Shown here piece by piece: positions 19,046 to 28,772 of a stretch of 40,178 bases of DNA. The notes beneath the pieces are model-generated. The model worked only from the letters and a program-made list of their open reading frames with translations, was not told the DNA's origin and did not search any database. Source of the stretch: an uncultured Oligoflexia bacterium (lineage in GTDB: Bacteria > Bdellovibrionota_B > Oligoflexia > Silvanigrellales > Silvanigrellaceae); NCBI GenBank assembly GCA_964435255.1, contig CAYSZE010000248.1, positions 1 through 40,178 on the forward strand, read 5' to 3'. The number at the start of each line of letters is the position of its first letter. Position 1 is the first letter of the stretch. Both the position numbers and the translations under genes were made by a program.

Positions 19046-19209
19046 AAATAAACTCCAAAATGTTTATAAAAACAGTTTACCCAACCCCCTCCAAAAACGT
19101 TTATAGACAAGGGAGGATAAAGAAGATGGTCTGTTGTACATGGTGATAGCACTTTTGAAAAGAAAAATTAATGCCTCAGGTTAGGGCTAAGCAAAAAAGG
19201 TTGATTTTT

Positions 19210-19590
19210 ATGACAGATAAAAAAAATAGCAAACCCATTAAACTAGAATGGCAAGGAAATATTATCTCAGAAGCTCAAGAAGGGCGCATTGCAGTCAAAG
19301 ATACTAGTGAAAAAATAACAAAAGTTGAAAAAAAGCATCCTGAAGCCATTAAGGGGCGCGCAAATATTCGCACTGAAGTTAAAGGTCGAGCTGGTAAACC
19401 AGTCGCAATAATTTTTAATTTTACTGATCCTAGTGCCCAAGATGAAGAAAACCTAAAGTATCTTTGTTCTAAATTAAAAACTATTCTTGCATGTGGTGGA
19501 ACTGTAGAAAAGCATGAAGTTATTTTAACCATTCGTGATATTCATAAATTAAAAGAAGCCCTTAGAAAAAACAATATTTTAATTCCATAA
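19210..19590 (+). CDS. yciH: SUI1/YciH-family translation initiation factor
   Basis: RTEVKGRAGKPVAII and LKTILACGGTV match the SUI1 core. Start may be 19171 or 19210. Confidence 0.75.
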   Translation: MTDKKNSKPIKLEWQGNIISEAQEGRIAVKDTSEKITKVEKKHPEAIKGRANIRTEVKGRAGKPVAIIFNFTDPSAQDEENLKYLCSKLKTILACGGTVEKHEVILTIRDIHKLKEALRKNNILIP

Positions 19591-19786
19591 GTAACAATGA
19601 TAACAATTATAATACATTAAATTGCGTAATGGTACTCTCTATATTTTTGTTAAATTTTGTTGAAAATACAAAAATATTCATATAAATTTATTTTGGGTTT
19701 CTATTCATGAAACTATTTATCTTTAAAAATTAAAATAAAATACATTTTAACTTTGTCGTTAATTTATTTACAGGGAAGGATTTAAA

Positions 19787-20746
19787 TTGCAGACAAAAGA
19801 AACAAAATTTAATGAAATTTATTTGGCACTGCATCGACCAAACAATTGGAATGGTAAAACTATTTTATATGTCCATGGAGGGCCAGGCAGCCATTCTAAA
19901 GATTTTGAAGACGGATTATATGATTTTAAAGAATTTAGAGAAACTGAATATGCTTATATTACTTATGATCAAAGAGGTTCTGGACGATCTGAAATTTCTA
20001 AACAAAATTTAACTCCATTATCACATAAAAATAACATTGAAGATCTTGTCATACTAATAGCAAATGCAGCTCAAATTTTTAATCTAGAAAAAATAGATCT
20101 TCTTTATGGTCATAGCTATGGAGCAAAACTTGTTTATGATACATTATGGGCTCATTCAGAAATAAACATAAAATATCTGCTTGCAGGAATTAGTCTTTAT
20201 CCAAATGATGCGTTTAATACTTCTCTTTATTTAGATTTATTTTTACTAAAAAGCAATCAACCAAAAGAATTTAAAGAAGCTTTAAAAATTATTGCAGACC
20301 AAAACAAAGAACCATATTTGTATTCTCCACAAATAAGAAAATTGTTTCATTCTCTCGAAAAAAGGCAATTAGACAGACAAAAATTTTATTGGGCCAATGA
20401 AAATGCACGAAATTGGTGGAACACAGTGAATGAAAAAAGTCGTGTAAAAGATAATGATCAAGCATACTTTAAAATTGTTGAAACTTTTAATGATGAAGTC
20501 TTTAACTCTGGATCATATGATCCTAGCCAATTATCGCAAAGTGGAAAATATATCATTGGCTTCCATGATGTTCTCATGAATGGTTCAACAACCTTTAGTA
20601 CCAAAGAAAATAATATCATTAAATTTATGTCCTCTTCTCATTACCCACACTTTTAAGAACCTGAATTATTTATACAAACAATTAGAAATATAATTACAGA
20701 TGAAAAAAATAACACTTACAATTATAAAAATACTGCTAACATTTAA
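19787..20746 (+). pseudogene. Alpha/beta hydrolase (proline iminopeptidase-like) with an in-frame TAA at 20654-20656
   Basis: HGGPG, YDQRGSGRS, nucleophile GHSYG, GFHD, SHYPHF*EPELFIQTIRNII. The canonical C-terminal helix continues in frame past the stop to 20746. TTG start after GGAAGGA. Confidence 0.7.
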
Positions 20747-21815
20747 TTTTAAATACAATGCCTTTTCAAGTAACAATATTGAATTTAGTATTGCTGCGCT
20801 ACAACCATTTCAAGTAGAAGACTCTCAAGATTCAAGTATCTATAGAAATAGTTTTGAAACAACATTATACTTCATTTTAGGTCAATTCTCAGAAAAATTA
20901 AATAAGTGTGGCTATGTGCCAAATATAAAATTTAATTACTTTTCCCATGAAGACACACCAAATTTAAAGAAAAATGCTTTAAAATTAGAAAACGAATCTA
21001 CTTGGATAATTCTTGGTCCAAATAAAAGTGAGCAATTTCTTAATGCAACTAAAGTAATAAAAAGTACACTACTAATCATTGGAATGGCTAACTCCAAAGA
21101 AGTTACAAATCTAAAATGGCCTTACTTTACTATTTATCCTACAAATGAAAAATTAGCACAAATTACTTCTGCATGGGTTGATAAAAATGAAATATACAAA
21201 GGGAAATATGGCATAATAACCGATGCTAGTTGTATATTTTGCGAAGACTTTAAGGAAAGCTATATAAAGTATGCAGGAACACCTGAATTCATATATGAAA
21301 CTGATGAGCAACTATTTAATACAGAGAATTTGCTTAAAGAATTAAAAAAACATAACGTTAATTCTATATTGTTATCGACTTATTCTGCTCTTGCAGGAAA
21401 AATAATTTCAGGACTAAGCAAAAGTCATTTTTCACATATTAAGTTTATTGCAAATGATGGGTTTGGCGATGACTTAAATCTTGCGCCATATTATTCTATT
21501 GGTAGAGAACAAAAAGTTGTATCAATTCGATTGGGGCCCCAAAAACCAGATTCTATTAAAATACTAAATTTGGAAAATTTAAAAATGTCATGGAATGACA
21601 AAGTTATTTACCCACCAGATGAAGCAATATATTTTAAAGACAGCATGAATAAAATTACAAATTTATTATGCATTCACAAACCTAAGAAGAAAACTCAATT
21701 CAATAATATAACAAAAAAGTTTTCTTCAAATTACTTCAAAACAGATATAGGTTATGGAGTTTTTGAATTCTTTGATAATAAATTTAAATATAAAGAATTA
21801 ATAAAATCTAAATAA
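20700..21815 (+). CDS. Periplasmic binding protein, type I (Leu/Ile/Val-binding-like)
   Basis: Signal-like N-terminus; IILGPNKSE, PYFTIYPTNEKLA and FIANDGF resemble the LivJ-type fold. Confidence 0.6.
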   Translation: MKKITLTIIKILLTFNFKYNAFSSNNIEFSIAALQPFQVEDSQDSSIYRNSFETTLYFILGQFSEKLNKCGYVPNIKFNYFSHEDTPNLKKNALKLENESTWIILGPNKSEQFLNATKVIKSTLLIIGMANSKEVTNLKWPYFTIYPTNEKLAQITSAWVDKNEIYKGKYGIITDASCIFCEDFKESYIKYAGTPEFIYETDEQLFNTENLLKELKKHNVNSILLSTYSALAGKIISGLSKSHFSHIKFIANDGFGDDLNLAPYYSIGREQKVVSIRLGPQKPDSIKILNLENLKMSWNDKVIYPPDEAIYFKDSMNKITNLLCIHKPKKKTQFNNITKKFSSNYFKTDIGYGVFEFFDNKFKYKELIKSK

Positions 21816-21823
21816 TAATTAAA

Positions 21824-23143
21824 ATGAATATTAAAACAATAATAGCAATTATAGTAACAATTTCAGTGATAATATTTACATTATCCATGACATTTATTTT
21901 CTTCTGTTTAATAAAAACAGAACATGACAAATTAGAAGGTATTTCAAGCAGAATTATTAGAGTTCTTTCTAATGACATTCTTTTAGGTAATCAGAAAAGT
22001 TTAGAATTTACTATCAAGAAATTAAATTTACTATATAATCTTGAAGATATAAATATTCAACAAAAGTTTGTTAAATGTAAGTTTTATAATATTTCTTGCA
22101 TAACAAAAACAACAACCATGATAAATCCTGAATTACATATTCAAATAAAAGGTAAAATGCCAATTAGCAACAAAGTAATTTTTATTTTTTTTCTTAATTT
22201 AGGAGGATTATTAATATTAGTAATTTTTATAATATTTATATTTATTTATAATATAAAAAACCCTTTAGAAGAAATATCGAATACATTATTAAAAGAGATA
22301 AATAATAAAATTAAAAATGGTACTGAAATAATTAGAAATAGTAAATATAAAATTGAAGAAATTGATATTATATCATCAACATTAGTCAATATGGCAAATG
22401 ATCTATACATGAGCATTGAAAATCATAATAGAACAAAGACAGAAGTTAAAATTTATGAAGCAATAGCAAATTCATCAAAAATATTTGCTCATGATGTTAG
22501 AAAACCATTTGCTTTAATAAAAATTCTATGTGATTTAATTTCACAAGAAAAAGATATTTTGAAAGTAAGAAAACTAATTTCCGAAACTTTACCTATAATA
22601 AATGAAGCCAGAATTTCAATTGATTTTTTAATAAATGACACACTTGATTTTGGTAAAAATATAGTTTTAAATTTAAATATTGAAGATCTTCAAAAAATAA
22701 TTGCAATTTCTATAAATGAAATAAAACTAACTTGCAACACAAGTAATGTTAATTTTAATGTAAATTTTGACTCAAATAATTTAATAAAAATAGACAAATA
22801 CAGAATACTGCGTGTCTTAAGAAATCTTATATACAACGCATTACAAGGCATGAAAAACAAAGGACTAATTTATATTAAAACAACCGATATTTTCCTTAAC
22901 AATAAAAGATACCTCGAATTTCGAATAAAAAACAACAACAGTTATATAGAAAAAGAAAACGTACAAAAACTTTTTGACTTATACTATAGTAACAACAAAA
23001 AAAATGGGAATGGATTAGGTCTCTATATCTCAAAAAACATTATTGAACTTCATAATGGAATGATATGGTGTGAATCACAAAAGACAAGTGAAGAAGATAA
23101 ATTTGTTGAATTTACTTTTATAATCCCATATAGCGACCTATAA
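21824..23143 (+). CDS. Membrane sensor histidine kinase (2 TM, HisKA + HATPase)
   Basis: Two TM segments around a small periplasmic loop; H-box FAHDVRKP, N-box NLIYNALQ, F-box LFDLYYS, G2 GNGLGL. Confidence 0.9.
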   Translation: MNIKTIIAIIVTISVIIFTLSMTFIFFCLIKTEHDKLEGISSRIIRVLSNDILLGNQKSLEFTIKKLNLLYNLEDINIQQKFVKCKFYNISCITKTTTMINPELHIQIKGKMPISNKVIFIFFLNLGGLLILVIFIIFIFIYNIKNPLEEISNTLLKEINNKIKNGTEIIRNSKYKIEEIDIISSTLVNMANDLYMSIENHNRTKTEVKIYEAIANSSKIFAHDVRKPFALIKILCDLISQEKDILKVRKLISETLPIINEARISIDFLINDTLDFGKNIVLNLNIEDLQKIIAISINEIKLTCNTSNVNFNVNFDSNNLIKIDKYRILRVLRNLIYNALQGMKNKGLIYIKTTDIFLNNKRYLEFRIKNNNSYIEKENVQKLFDLYYSNNKKNGNGLGLYISKNIIELHNGMIWCESQKTSEEDKFVEFTFIIPYSDL

Positions 23144-23836
23144 TTTAGCTTGTACCCACCCCAAAATAACTGCTGCTGCTTTTTCTTTATTACTTGTTTC
23201 TTTAAATTCATTAACTCCTAAATCATATATTTTATATTTATTAGCCTTACTTATAAGAACTATTCTTCTCGCATATTGATCTTTTACTTCCCAATAATTA
23301 TTCGTATAATTCGCTTCTGCTAAATCTACAAAACCTTTTTCAATATTTACATTTACAATGACTGCAACATGACCATAAGGAAATGAATTATCAGACACGG
23401 ACTTTTTATAAATTAAAAGATCACCACTCTTAGGGGGAGTAATTGAATTATTTTTAAATTTCGCCAGTTGAACTTTTTTTCCAGATTTAATATTTTTAGC
23501 TGTTACTAATTTCTCGAATATTTCATTTGCTGTTTCAACTGAACCAAAAGTTATATTTTTTTGAGAGATCCACCAACGTCTTGCAAATTCAACACATTGC
23601 CATTTTAAACCAGTAAAGAAGTCTTTTCTTGTACCTATATCTTGAATAGTATTTTCTATGGGATTTACACACTCTGCTCTACAATTAGAATATGAAGCAA
23701 TTCCTTTACTTTCTCCAAGAAATTCACCATAAGGAGTAACACATTTATTAAATTCAGTATTTTCACAATACTTTGTTAGATCTGTAGCATATACACTAAA
23801 ACTTAACGTAAAAATGAGAAAAAGGACTATTTTCAT
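23138..23836 (-). CDS. Secreted CHAP-domain amidase (glutathionylspermidine amidase-like subtype)
   Basis: Signal peptide; GLKWQCVEFARRW (catalytic Cys), YGHVAVI (His), AEAN. Confidence 0.85.
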   Translation of the reverse strand: MKIVLFLIFTLSFSVYATDLTKYCENTEFNKCVTPYGEFLGESKGIASYSNCRAECVNPIENTIQDIGTRKDFFTGLKWQCVEFARRWWISQKNITFGSVETANEIFEKLVTAKNIKSGKKVQLAKFKNNSITPPKSGDLLIYKKSVSDNSFPYGHVAVIVNVNIEKGFVDLAEANYTNNYWEVKDQYARRIVLISKANKYKIYDLGVNEFKETSNKEKAAAVILGWVQAKL

Positions 23837-24020
23837 ATTTCACCAAAAATTGAGTTATACAAGAATTTGGCAAAAATACAACTGAATTATTTTTTTACAA
23901 CAAAACACATAACTATCGAAAATTTATACAAAACATTAACAAATTAAGCTTTCATAAACTAAAAAAAAAAGTTATTATCTTTACAAAGTCTAAACTAACC
24001 TTATGATAAAGGGCTAAATT

Positions 24021-24500
24021 TTGAAATTATTTGATACTCTCAAAGAGAAAATTCCACCTGAAAAGCTTTTTAAATTAATACGCTTTTGGCCGCCTTACCT
24101 AGGTGCAGGAATTAAAGTGACTAATGTGAGTCCAGATATTCTTAAACTTGAAGTTGAAATGGATCTAACATGGTACAATAGAAATTTCGTAGGCACACAC
24201 TTTGGTGGCTCTTTATTTGCTATGACCGATCCTTTTTATATGCTAATGTTAATTAAAAATTTAGGTAGCCAATATATCATTTGGGATAAGTCAGCAAAAA
24301 TAGAATTTATAAAACCTGCTAGGGGAAAAGTAAAAGCGCATTTTGAATTTACTAAAGATGAAATAGATGAAATTAAGTATAATTGTGATAATAAAAAGAA
24401 ACATATTTTTACTAAAGAAATTTTTATTTTTGATGAAGTAGGAGAACTAATTACTAAAGTTGAGAAAACATTATACGTTAAAAAATCTAATTCACTTTAG
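24021..24500 (+). CDS. Hotdog-fold PaaI-like thioesterase (DUF4442-like)
   Basis: WPPYLGAGI, RNFVGTHFGGSLFAMTDPFYMLML, IWDKSAKIEFIKP. Confidence 0.82.
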   Translation: MKLFDTLKEKIPPEKLFKLIRFWPPYLGAGIKVTNVSPDILKLEVEMDLTWYNRNFVGTHFGGSLFAMTDPFYMLMLIKNLGSQYIIWDKSAKIEFIKPARGKVKAHFEFTKDEIDEIKYNCDNKKKHIFTKEIFIFDEVGELITKVEKTLYVKKSNSL

Positions 24501-25065
24501 CTTTTAAATTATTTAAAATAATTTCTTTTACTAACAAAATATAATGATTATTTTTCACAAGGTCTTTATTAATTATATTATAGCTATCAAAAATTAAAGA
24601 ATTTACTAAGCTAAAAATAAAAAATCCAAAAAATTCAGCAGAATATTGCTTAGAAATTTCGCCGTTTTCTTGTAAATTTTCTATTACTTGAATCCAGTGG
24701 TGTGGAAATATTTTATTTTGTAACTGATTATTTTCAAAATCTTCTTCTAAAATTTGCCACTTTACTAGTCTTATGATCCGGTGATCACGACTATAAAAGT
24801 CAATACGTGATTTTATAATTGCATTTATAAAGTCATTTAAATTTCTGTAGCATACATTTTCTAGGTTTACTTCATCATCATTGTCTGGTATTAAAAATTT
24901 TTTTACAGCTTGCCATAAATCCTGCTTATTCCCAACATGATGATAAATTAAACTTTGATTAATTCCAGCTTCTTTAGCAATGTCACTAATAGAAGTTCCT
25001 GAAAATCCATTTTTTATAAATAAATCTGTTGCTGCTTGAATTATTTTTATTTTTGTTTTTTCCAT
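24487..25065 (-). CDS. TetR/AcrR family transcriptional regulator
   Basis: IIQAATDLFIKNGFSGTSISDIAKEAGINQSLIYHH HTH. Confidence 0.92.
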   Translation of the reverse strand: MEKTKIKIIQAATDLFIKNGFSGTSISDIAKEAGINQSLIYHHVGNKQDLWQAVKKFLIPDNDDEVNLENVCYRNLNDFINAIIKSRIDFYSRDHRIIRLVKWQILEEDFENNQLQNKIFPHHWIQVIENLQENGEISKQYSAEFFGFFIFSLVNSLIFDSYNIINKDLVKNNHYILLVKEIILNNLKAKVN

Positions 25066-25362
25066 AATCTACACCACAAAGCTCATTGAAGGTTAATTCA
25101 ACTTAAGTTAGGGAACAAAAAATTAAATACGGAGTGTATTTAACTAGTAGCATCCTAAGATTAATTTAAATTTTCATAAAAGAAACTAAAAAAATGAATA
25201 ATTACTTTAACCTTACAATTATTGCCCACTAGCGCACTAGCAAAACTATAAAATAAATTACCAGAATTCTCTGTCAAATATTTGTAATTTTATCGCAATA
25301 GATTTTATATTTTTATTTCTTCATACTATTATATAATGCATAGATATTTAGGACAGGTTTAA

Positions 25363-26013
25363 TTGACTATGCACAAAAAAAATTCAGAAAAAATAGATGA
25401 AAATTTATATCAAATAAAAAAAGTATATGACCCATTTTTAAGAATTTTACACTGGTGGAACGCATTAGCTATTTTTAGTTTAATGCTGACAATTTGGATA
25501 AAACCTGCTTTAAAAGAATTTGAAAACTGGAAAGAAGTTCTTTATCATTTTCATACATATTTAGGTTATGGACTAATTTGTGGAATTACTTTAAGAGTTC
25601 TTTGGGGAGTCATAGGCCCAGAACACGCTAAATTTATAAATATGTTTAATTTTAACGTTTATTTAAATTTTTTTAAAACGCGAAAAATTCAATTTAAAAA
25701 TGACTGGGGACATGATGCATTCGCTGGTACAGTATATTTAAAAATATATTTTATACTTATTCTGCAATGCATATCTGGACTGTATCTATCGGCAAAAATA
25801 TTTGGCATAGGACCATTTAATACTTTTGTTGAATTATCCAAAGAAAAAACGTTAGTTAGAAAAATTTTCAAAGAAAGTCATGAAATAATATTCTATATAT
25901 TAATGGCTTTTATAGCTATCCATATTTTTATGTTAATTTATACTGAAATAAAACATAAATTTCCATTAGCTCAGTCTATGTTAAGTGGTTATCAGTATAG
26001 AAGAAAAAAATAA
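25363..26013 (+). CDS. Di-heme cytochrome b/b6-domain membrane protein (hydrogenase cytochrome b/CybB-like)
   Basis: RILHWWNA, FHTYLG, LRVLWG, ESHE and IHI give four His ligands across 4 TM segments; ends SMLSGY. Confidence 0.8.
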   Translation: MTMHKKNSEKIDENLYQIKKVYDPFLRILHWWNALAIFSLMLTIWIKPALKEFENWKEVLYHFHTYLGYGLICGITLRVLWGVIGPEHAKFINMFNFNVYLNFFKTRKIQFKNDWGHDAFAGTVYLKIYFILILQCISGLYLSAKIFGIGPFNTFVELSKEKTLVRKIFKESHEIIFYILMAFIAIHIFMLIYTEIKHKFPLAQSMLSGYQYRRKK

Positions 26014-26017
26014 TAAG

Positions 26018-26650
26018 TTATTTAAACTGTTCAAAAGTTTGTGTATATAAAAATTTGTCAGATTTTCCTTGATACAAATGTAATTCCAGCGCCCCTTCTT
26101 CATTAATTGAATACTTCATGTTGAAATGAACATCCATACTATTTCTTTCATTAATATAATGATCAGCTTTGATAAATAAATTTATATCTATTTCATCACC
26201 AAAAAAATAGGCTTTGCGATCTCTAGAGTCTAAAACGAGTTGGGCGTAAAAAATAAACTCATTCTCTTTTTTAATATGTAAATAACACTCAGATAAATAT
26301 TTTCTACTTGCTTTAACATCACAATGCGCAACAAGATTTTCTTGTCCCCATGTCGTAGCTAAATACTTATTATCTAAGCAAAGCTCTTCTTCTTTTATAA
26401 TTTTATTATCACTATTATGTTTATTTTTTTGCATATCTGTTTGAAAATATTCTTTTGAAGAAGTACTTGCTAACTTACAACTTTTATTTATTCTTTCTTG
26501 CTCAGGTTTAAATTGTTGTACATATTTCTTTATTGCATTTTGATCTACAATTTTATAAATTGTTTGAAGTTCCTCTAATGCATTAGCGTTTAAGCTCACA
26601 AAAAATACACTTGCAAATGCAATTCCTGATATGAAAGAATTTTTTTTCAT
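26018..26650 (-). CDS. Hypothetical secreted protein
   Basis: Signal peptide ending in ANA, AGGA RBS, four Cys. Confidence 0.72.
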   Translation of the reverse strand: MKKNSFISGIAFASVFFVSLNANALEELQTIYKIVDQNAIKKYVQQFKPEQERINKSCKLASTSSKEYFQTDMQKNKHNSDNKIIKEEELCLDNKYLATTWGQENLVAHCDVKASRKYLSECYLHIKKENEFIFYAQLVLDSRDRKAYFFGDEIDINLFIKADHYINERNSMDVHFNMKYSINEEGALELHLYQGKSDKFLYTQTFEQFK

Positions 26651-26772
26651 ATGCTATCCTATTAATTATTATTAATTATGAAAGTTTATAGATTGATTTT
26701 AATTAAATAGAAAAATAGAAAATAAATAAAATTTAAAAAGCACAAAATTTATTATCTATTTATAACTAAAAT

Positions 26773-26807
26773 CAAAATGATGTTATAGTAATTATTCATT
26801 TTGTCAA
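26773..26807 (-). promoter_or_regulatory. Putative sigma70 promoter overlapped by an inverted repeat
   Basis: Minus strand TTGACA-N16-TAACAT; CAAAATGA-N15-TCATTTTG (26773-26803) spans it. Confidence 0.4.
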
Positions 26808-27111
26808 TAATTTTAAATAATTATTTTTGGTATGTTAGTTCTATTTAAAATATAATTATAATATTATTTAAATTAAATCAAACCTTGTATTTATATTGTA
26901 TCTATTTTTTATTTTTACATAATAATATTTATTAATTGATTTATTAAGTACCATATAAGTTTTAATATAAAGTTATAATATTTTAATATAACTGTAATAA
27001 TATTAATTAATTTTTAAAAAAATAAAAATCCTGTAGATTTTTGCTATATTTTAGTGCATTATTGTATTGCCTACATTTTTAGTCTTTAACAGAGATTTTT
27101 AGGAGCTTAAA

Positions 27112-27414
27112 TTGAATAAAGATAATAATTTCAAACTATTACATACACCTGCGCTCTTAAAAGCCCTTGAAAACCGTAAAGCTTATTTTGAATCATTAAG
27201 CCCAGAAAAAAGAGAAGAAGCTTATAAATTTCAAGAAGTTATAGACGCAGAATTGCAAAAAGCGGGGAATGCTATCAATCGCATGTCCGTAATACAAAGA
27301 TTAATGCGTGAACAGTTATTAGAGCTTCATAAACATACCAGTGAATTATCGCTTAACCTTAAAAATCTAGATCATAATGTCAAAGCACTTAAACCCGAAA
27401 ATTTAAATCATTAA
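27112..27414 (+). CDS. Small helical hypothetical protein, DUF3135-like
   Basis: TTG start after AGGAG; FQEVIDAELQKAGNAINRM...LMREQL resembles DUF3135 (from memory, unverified). Confidence 0.6.
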   Translation: MNKDNNFKLLHTPALLKALENRKAYFESLSPEKREEAYKFQEVIDAELQKAGNAINRMSVIQRLMREQLLELHKHTSELSLNLKNLDHNVKALKPENLNH

Positions 27415-27570
27415 GTAGCTTCCTAATTTTCTATAATCTCCTAAATTCTCTCCCCCTTTCTCTTAAATAAAAATCATTGTAAAGTCGCTCAACTGTTTAT
27501 GCATTTGTTTTTGAGCAAGCATAGGGTCAGATACCCGTTTTTAATTGATATTTTAATTTTGGAGAATTTC

Positions 27571-28749
27571 ATGAACATTCATGAGTATCAAGCTAAGGAT
27601 CTACTTTCCCGTTTTGGACTTAGTATTCCTCAAGGTAAACTTGCTTATACTGCGACAGAAGCAGAATGGGCGGCTCGTAACTTAGGCTGCGGAAAAGATG
27701 GTAAAATTGCAGTTGTAAAAGCACAAGTTCATTCAGGTGGACGTGGCAAAGCTGGTGGTGTGAAGTTAGCAAAAAGTCCAGAAGAAGCTTTTACAGTTGC
27801 AGAAAAAATGCTTGGTATGACATTAATAACTAATCAGACAGGCCCACAAGGAAAAAAAGTAAATAAATTGCTAATTGCAGAAGGCTGTGAAATTGAAAAA
27901 GAGTATTATTTTGCCTTAGTCGTTAATAGAGAAAAAGCCACTATTGGAGTTATGGCTTCGACAGAAGGTGGTATGGATATTGAAGAAGTCGCAGAAAAAC
28001 ACCCCGAAAAAATAATAACAGCTGATATTGATCCCACTGTCGGTCTGCAAGAATTTACTGTTCGTAAATTAAGTATTGGACTTGGGTTTGGCCTTGGCAC
28101 TCCTTTAGCAAAAGACTTTGCTAAAACTTTAAAAGGACTTTACCAAGCTTTTTTAACTTATGATTGTTCAATGGTTGAAATAAATCCACTTGTCCTAACC
28201 AAGAAAGGAACTTTAGCAATCCTCGATTGCAAAATGAGCTTTGATGAAAATGCCATGTTTAGACACCCTGATATAGCTGATTTAAGAGATTATGAAGAAG
28301 ATGATCAACGTGAGTTAGAAGCTTCTAAATATGGATTAAGCTACGTTTCATTAGAAGGTAACATTGGTTGTTTAGTTAATGGAGCTGGCTTGGCAATGGC
28401 AACCATGGACATTATTAAACAAACAGGTGGACAACCATCAAATTTTCTTGACGTAGGTGGTGGAGCAAGTCAAGAAACAGTAACACAAGCTTTTAGAATT
28501 ATTCTTCGCGATAAAGCAGTTAAAGGTATCTTTGTGAATATTTTTGGTGGCATTATGAAATGTGATGTTATTGCGAATGGTATTGTTGCTGCAGCAAAAG
28601 AACTCGGATTAAAAGTTCCATTGGTCGTTAGATTAGAAGGAACAAATGTTGAACTTGGCAAAAAAATATTGTCTGAATCTGGGTTAAATATTTTAAGTGC
28701 TTCATCCATGGCCGATGGTGCACAAAAAATTGTTCAAGCTGTAAAGTAA
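27571..28749 (+). CDS. sucC: Succinyl-CoA synthetase beta subunit
   Basis: MNIHEYQAK start after GGAG; [35 protein letters not shown]. Confidence 0.97.
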   Translation: MNIHEYQAKDLLSRFGLSIPQGKLAYTATEAEWAARNLGCGKDGKIAVVKAQVHSGGRGKAGGVKLAKSPEEAFTVAEKMLGMTLITNQTGPQGKKVNKLLIAEGCEIEKEYYFALVVNREKATIGVMASTEGGMDIEEVAEKHPEKIITADIDPTVGLQEFTVRKLSIGLGFGLGTPLAKDFAKTLKGLYQAFLTYDCSMVEINPLVLTKKGTLAILDCKMSFDENAMFRHPDIADLRDYEEDDQRELEASKYGLSYVSLEGNIGCLVNGAGLAMATMDIIKQTGGQPSNFLDVGGGASQETVTQAFRIILRDKAVKGIFVNIFGGIMKCDVIANGIVAAAKELGLKVPLVVRLEGTNVELGKKILSESGLNILSASSMADGAQKIVQAVK

Positions 28750-28772
28750 CAAACTCTTAAAGGAAAAAATAT

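Noticed and set aside
19046-19209. Fluoride riboswitch upstream of ppa
   Set aside because: The conserved GATGG...CTGATG core of the crcB motif is not present on the ppa strand.
19787-20656. Alpha/beta hydrolase as the missing MenH
   Set aside because: It has the HGGPG/DQRGSGRS iminopeptidase signature rather than MenH-type HGF/GYSMGGR, and is linked to signalling genes.
19600-27100. Prophage or integrative element
   Set aside because: No integrase, transposase, tRNA target or flanking direct repeats were recognised; only AT richness and accessory content.
26651-27111. Replication origin in the AT-rich gap
   Set aside because: No clustered DnaA boxes (TTATCCACA) and no origin-linked genes; better explained as a divergent promoter region.
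27499-27570. N-terminal extension of SucC
   Set aside because: The conserved MNIHEYQ start at 27571 has a GGAG RBS; the upstream ATG is a longest-ORF artefact. The same applies to starts at 5289, 1296 and 9021.
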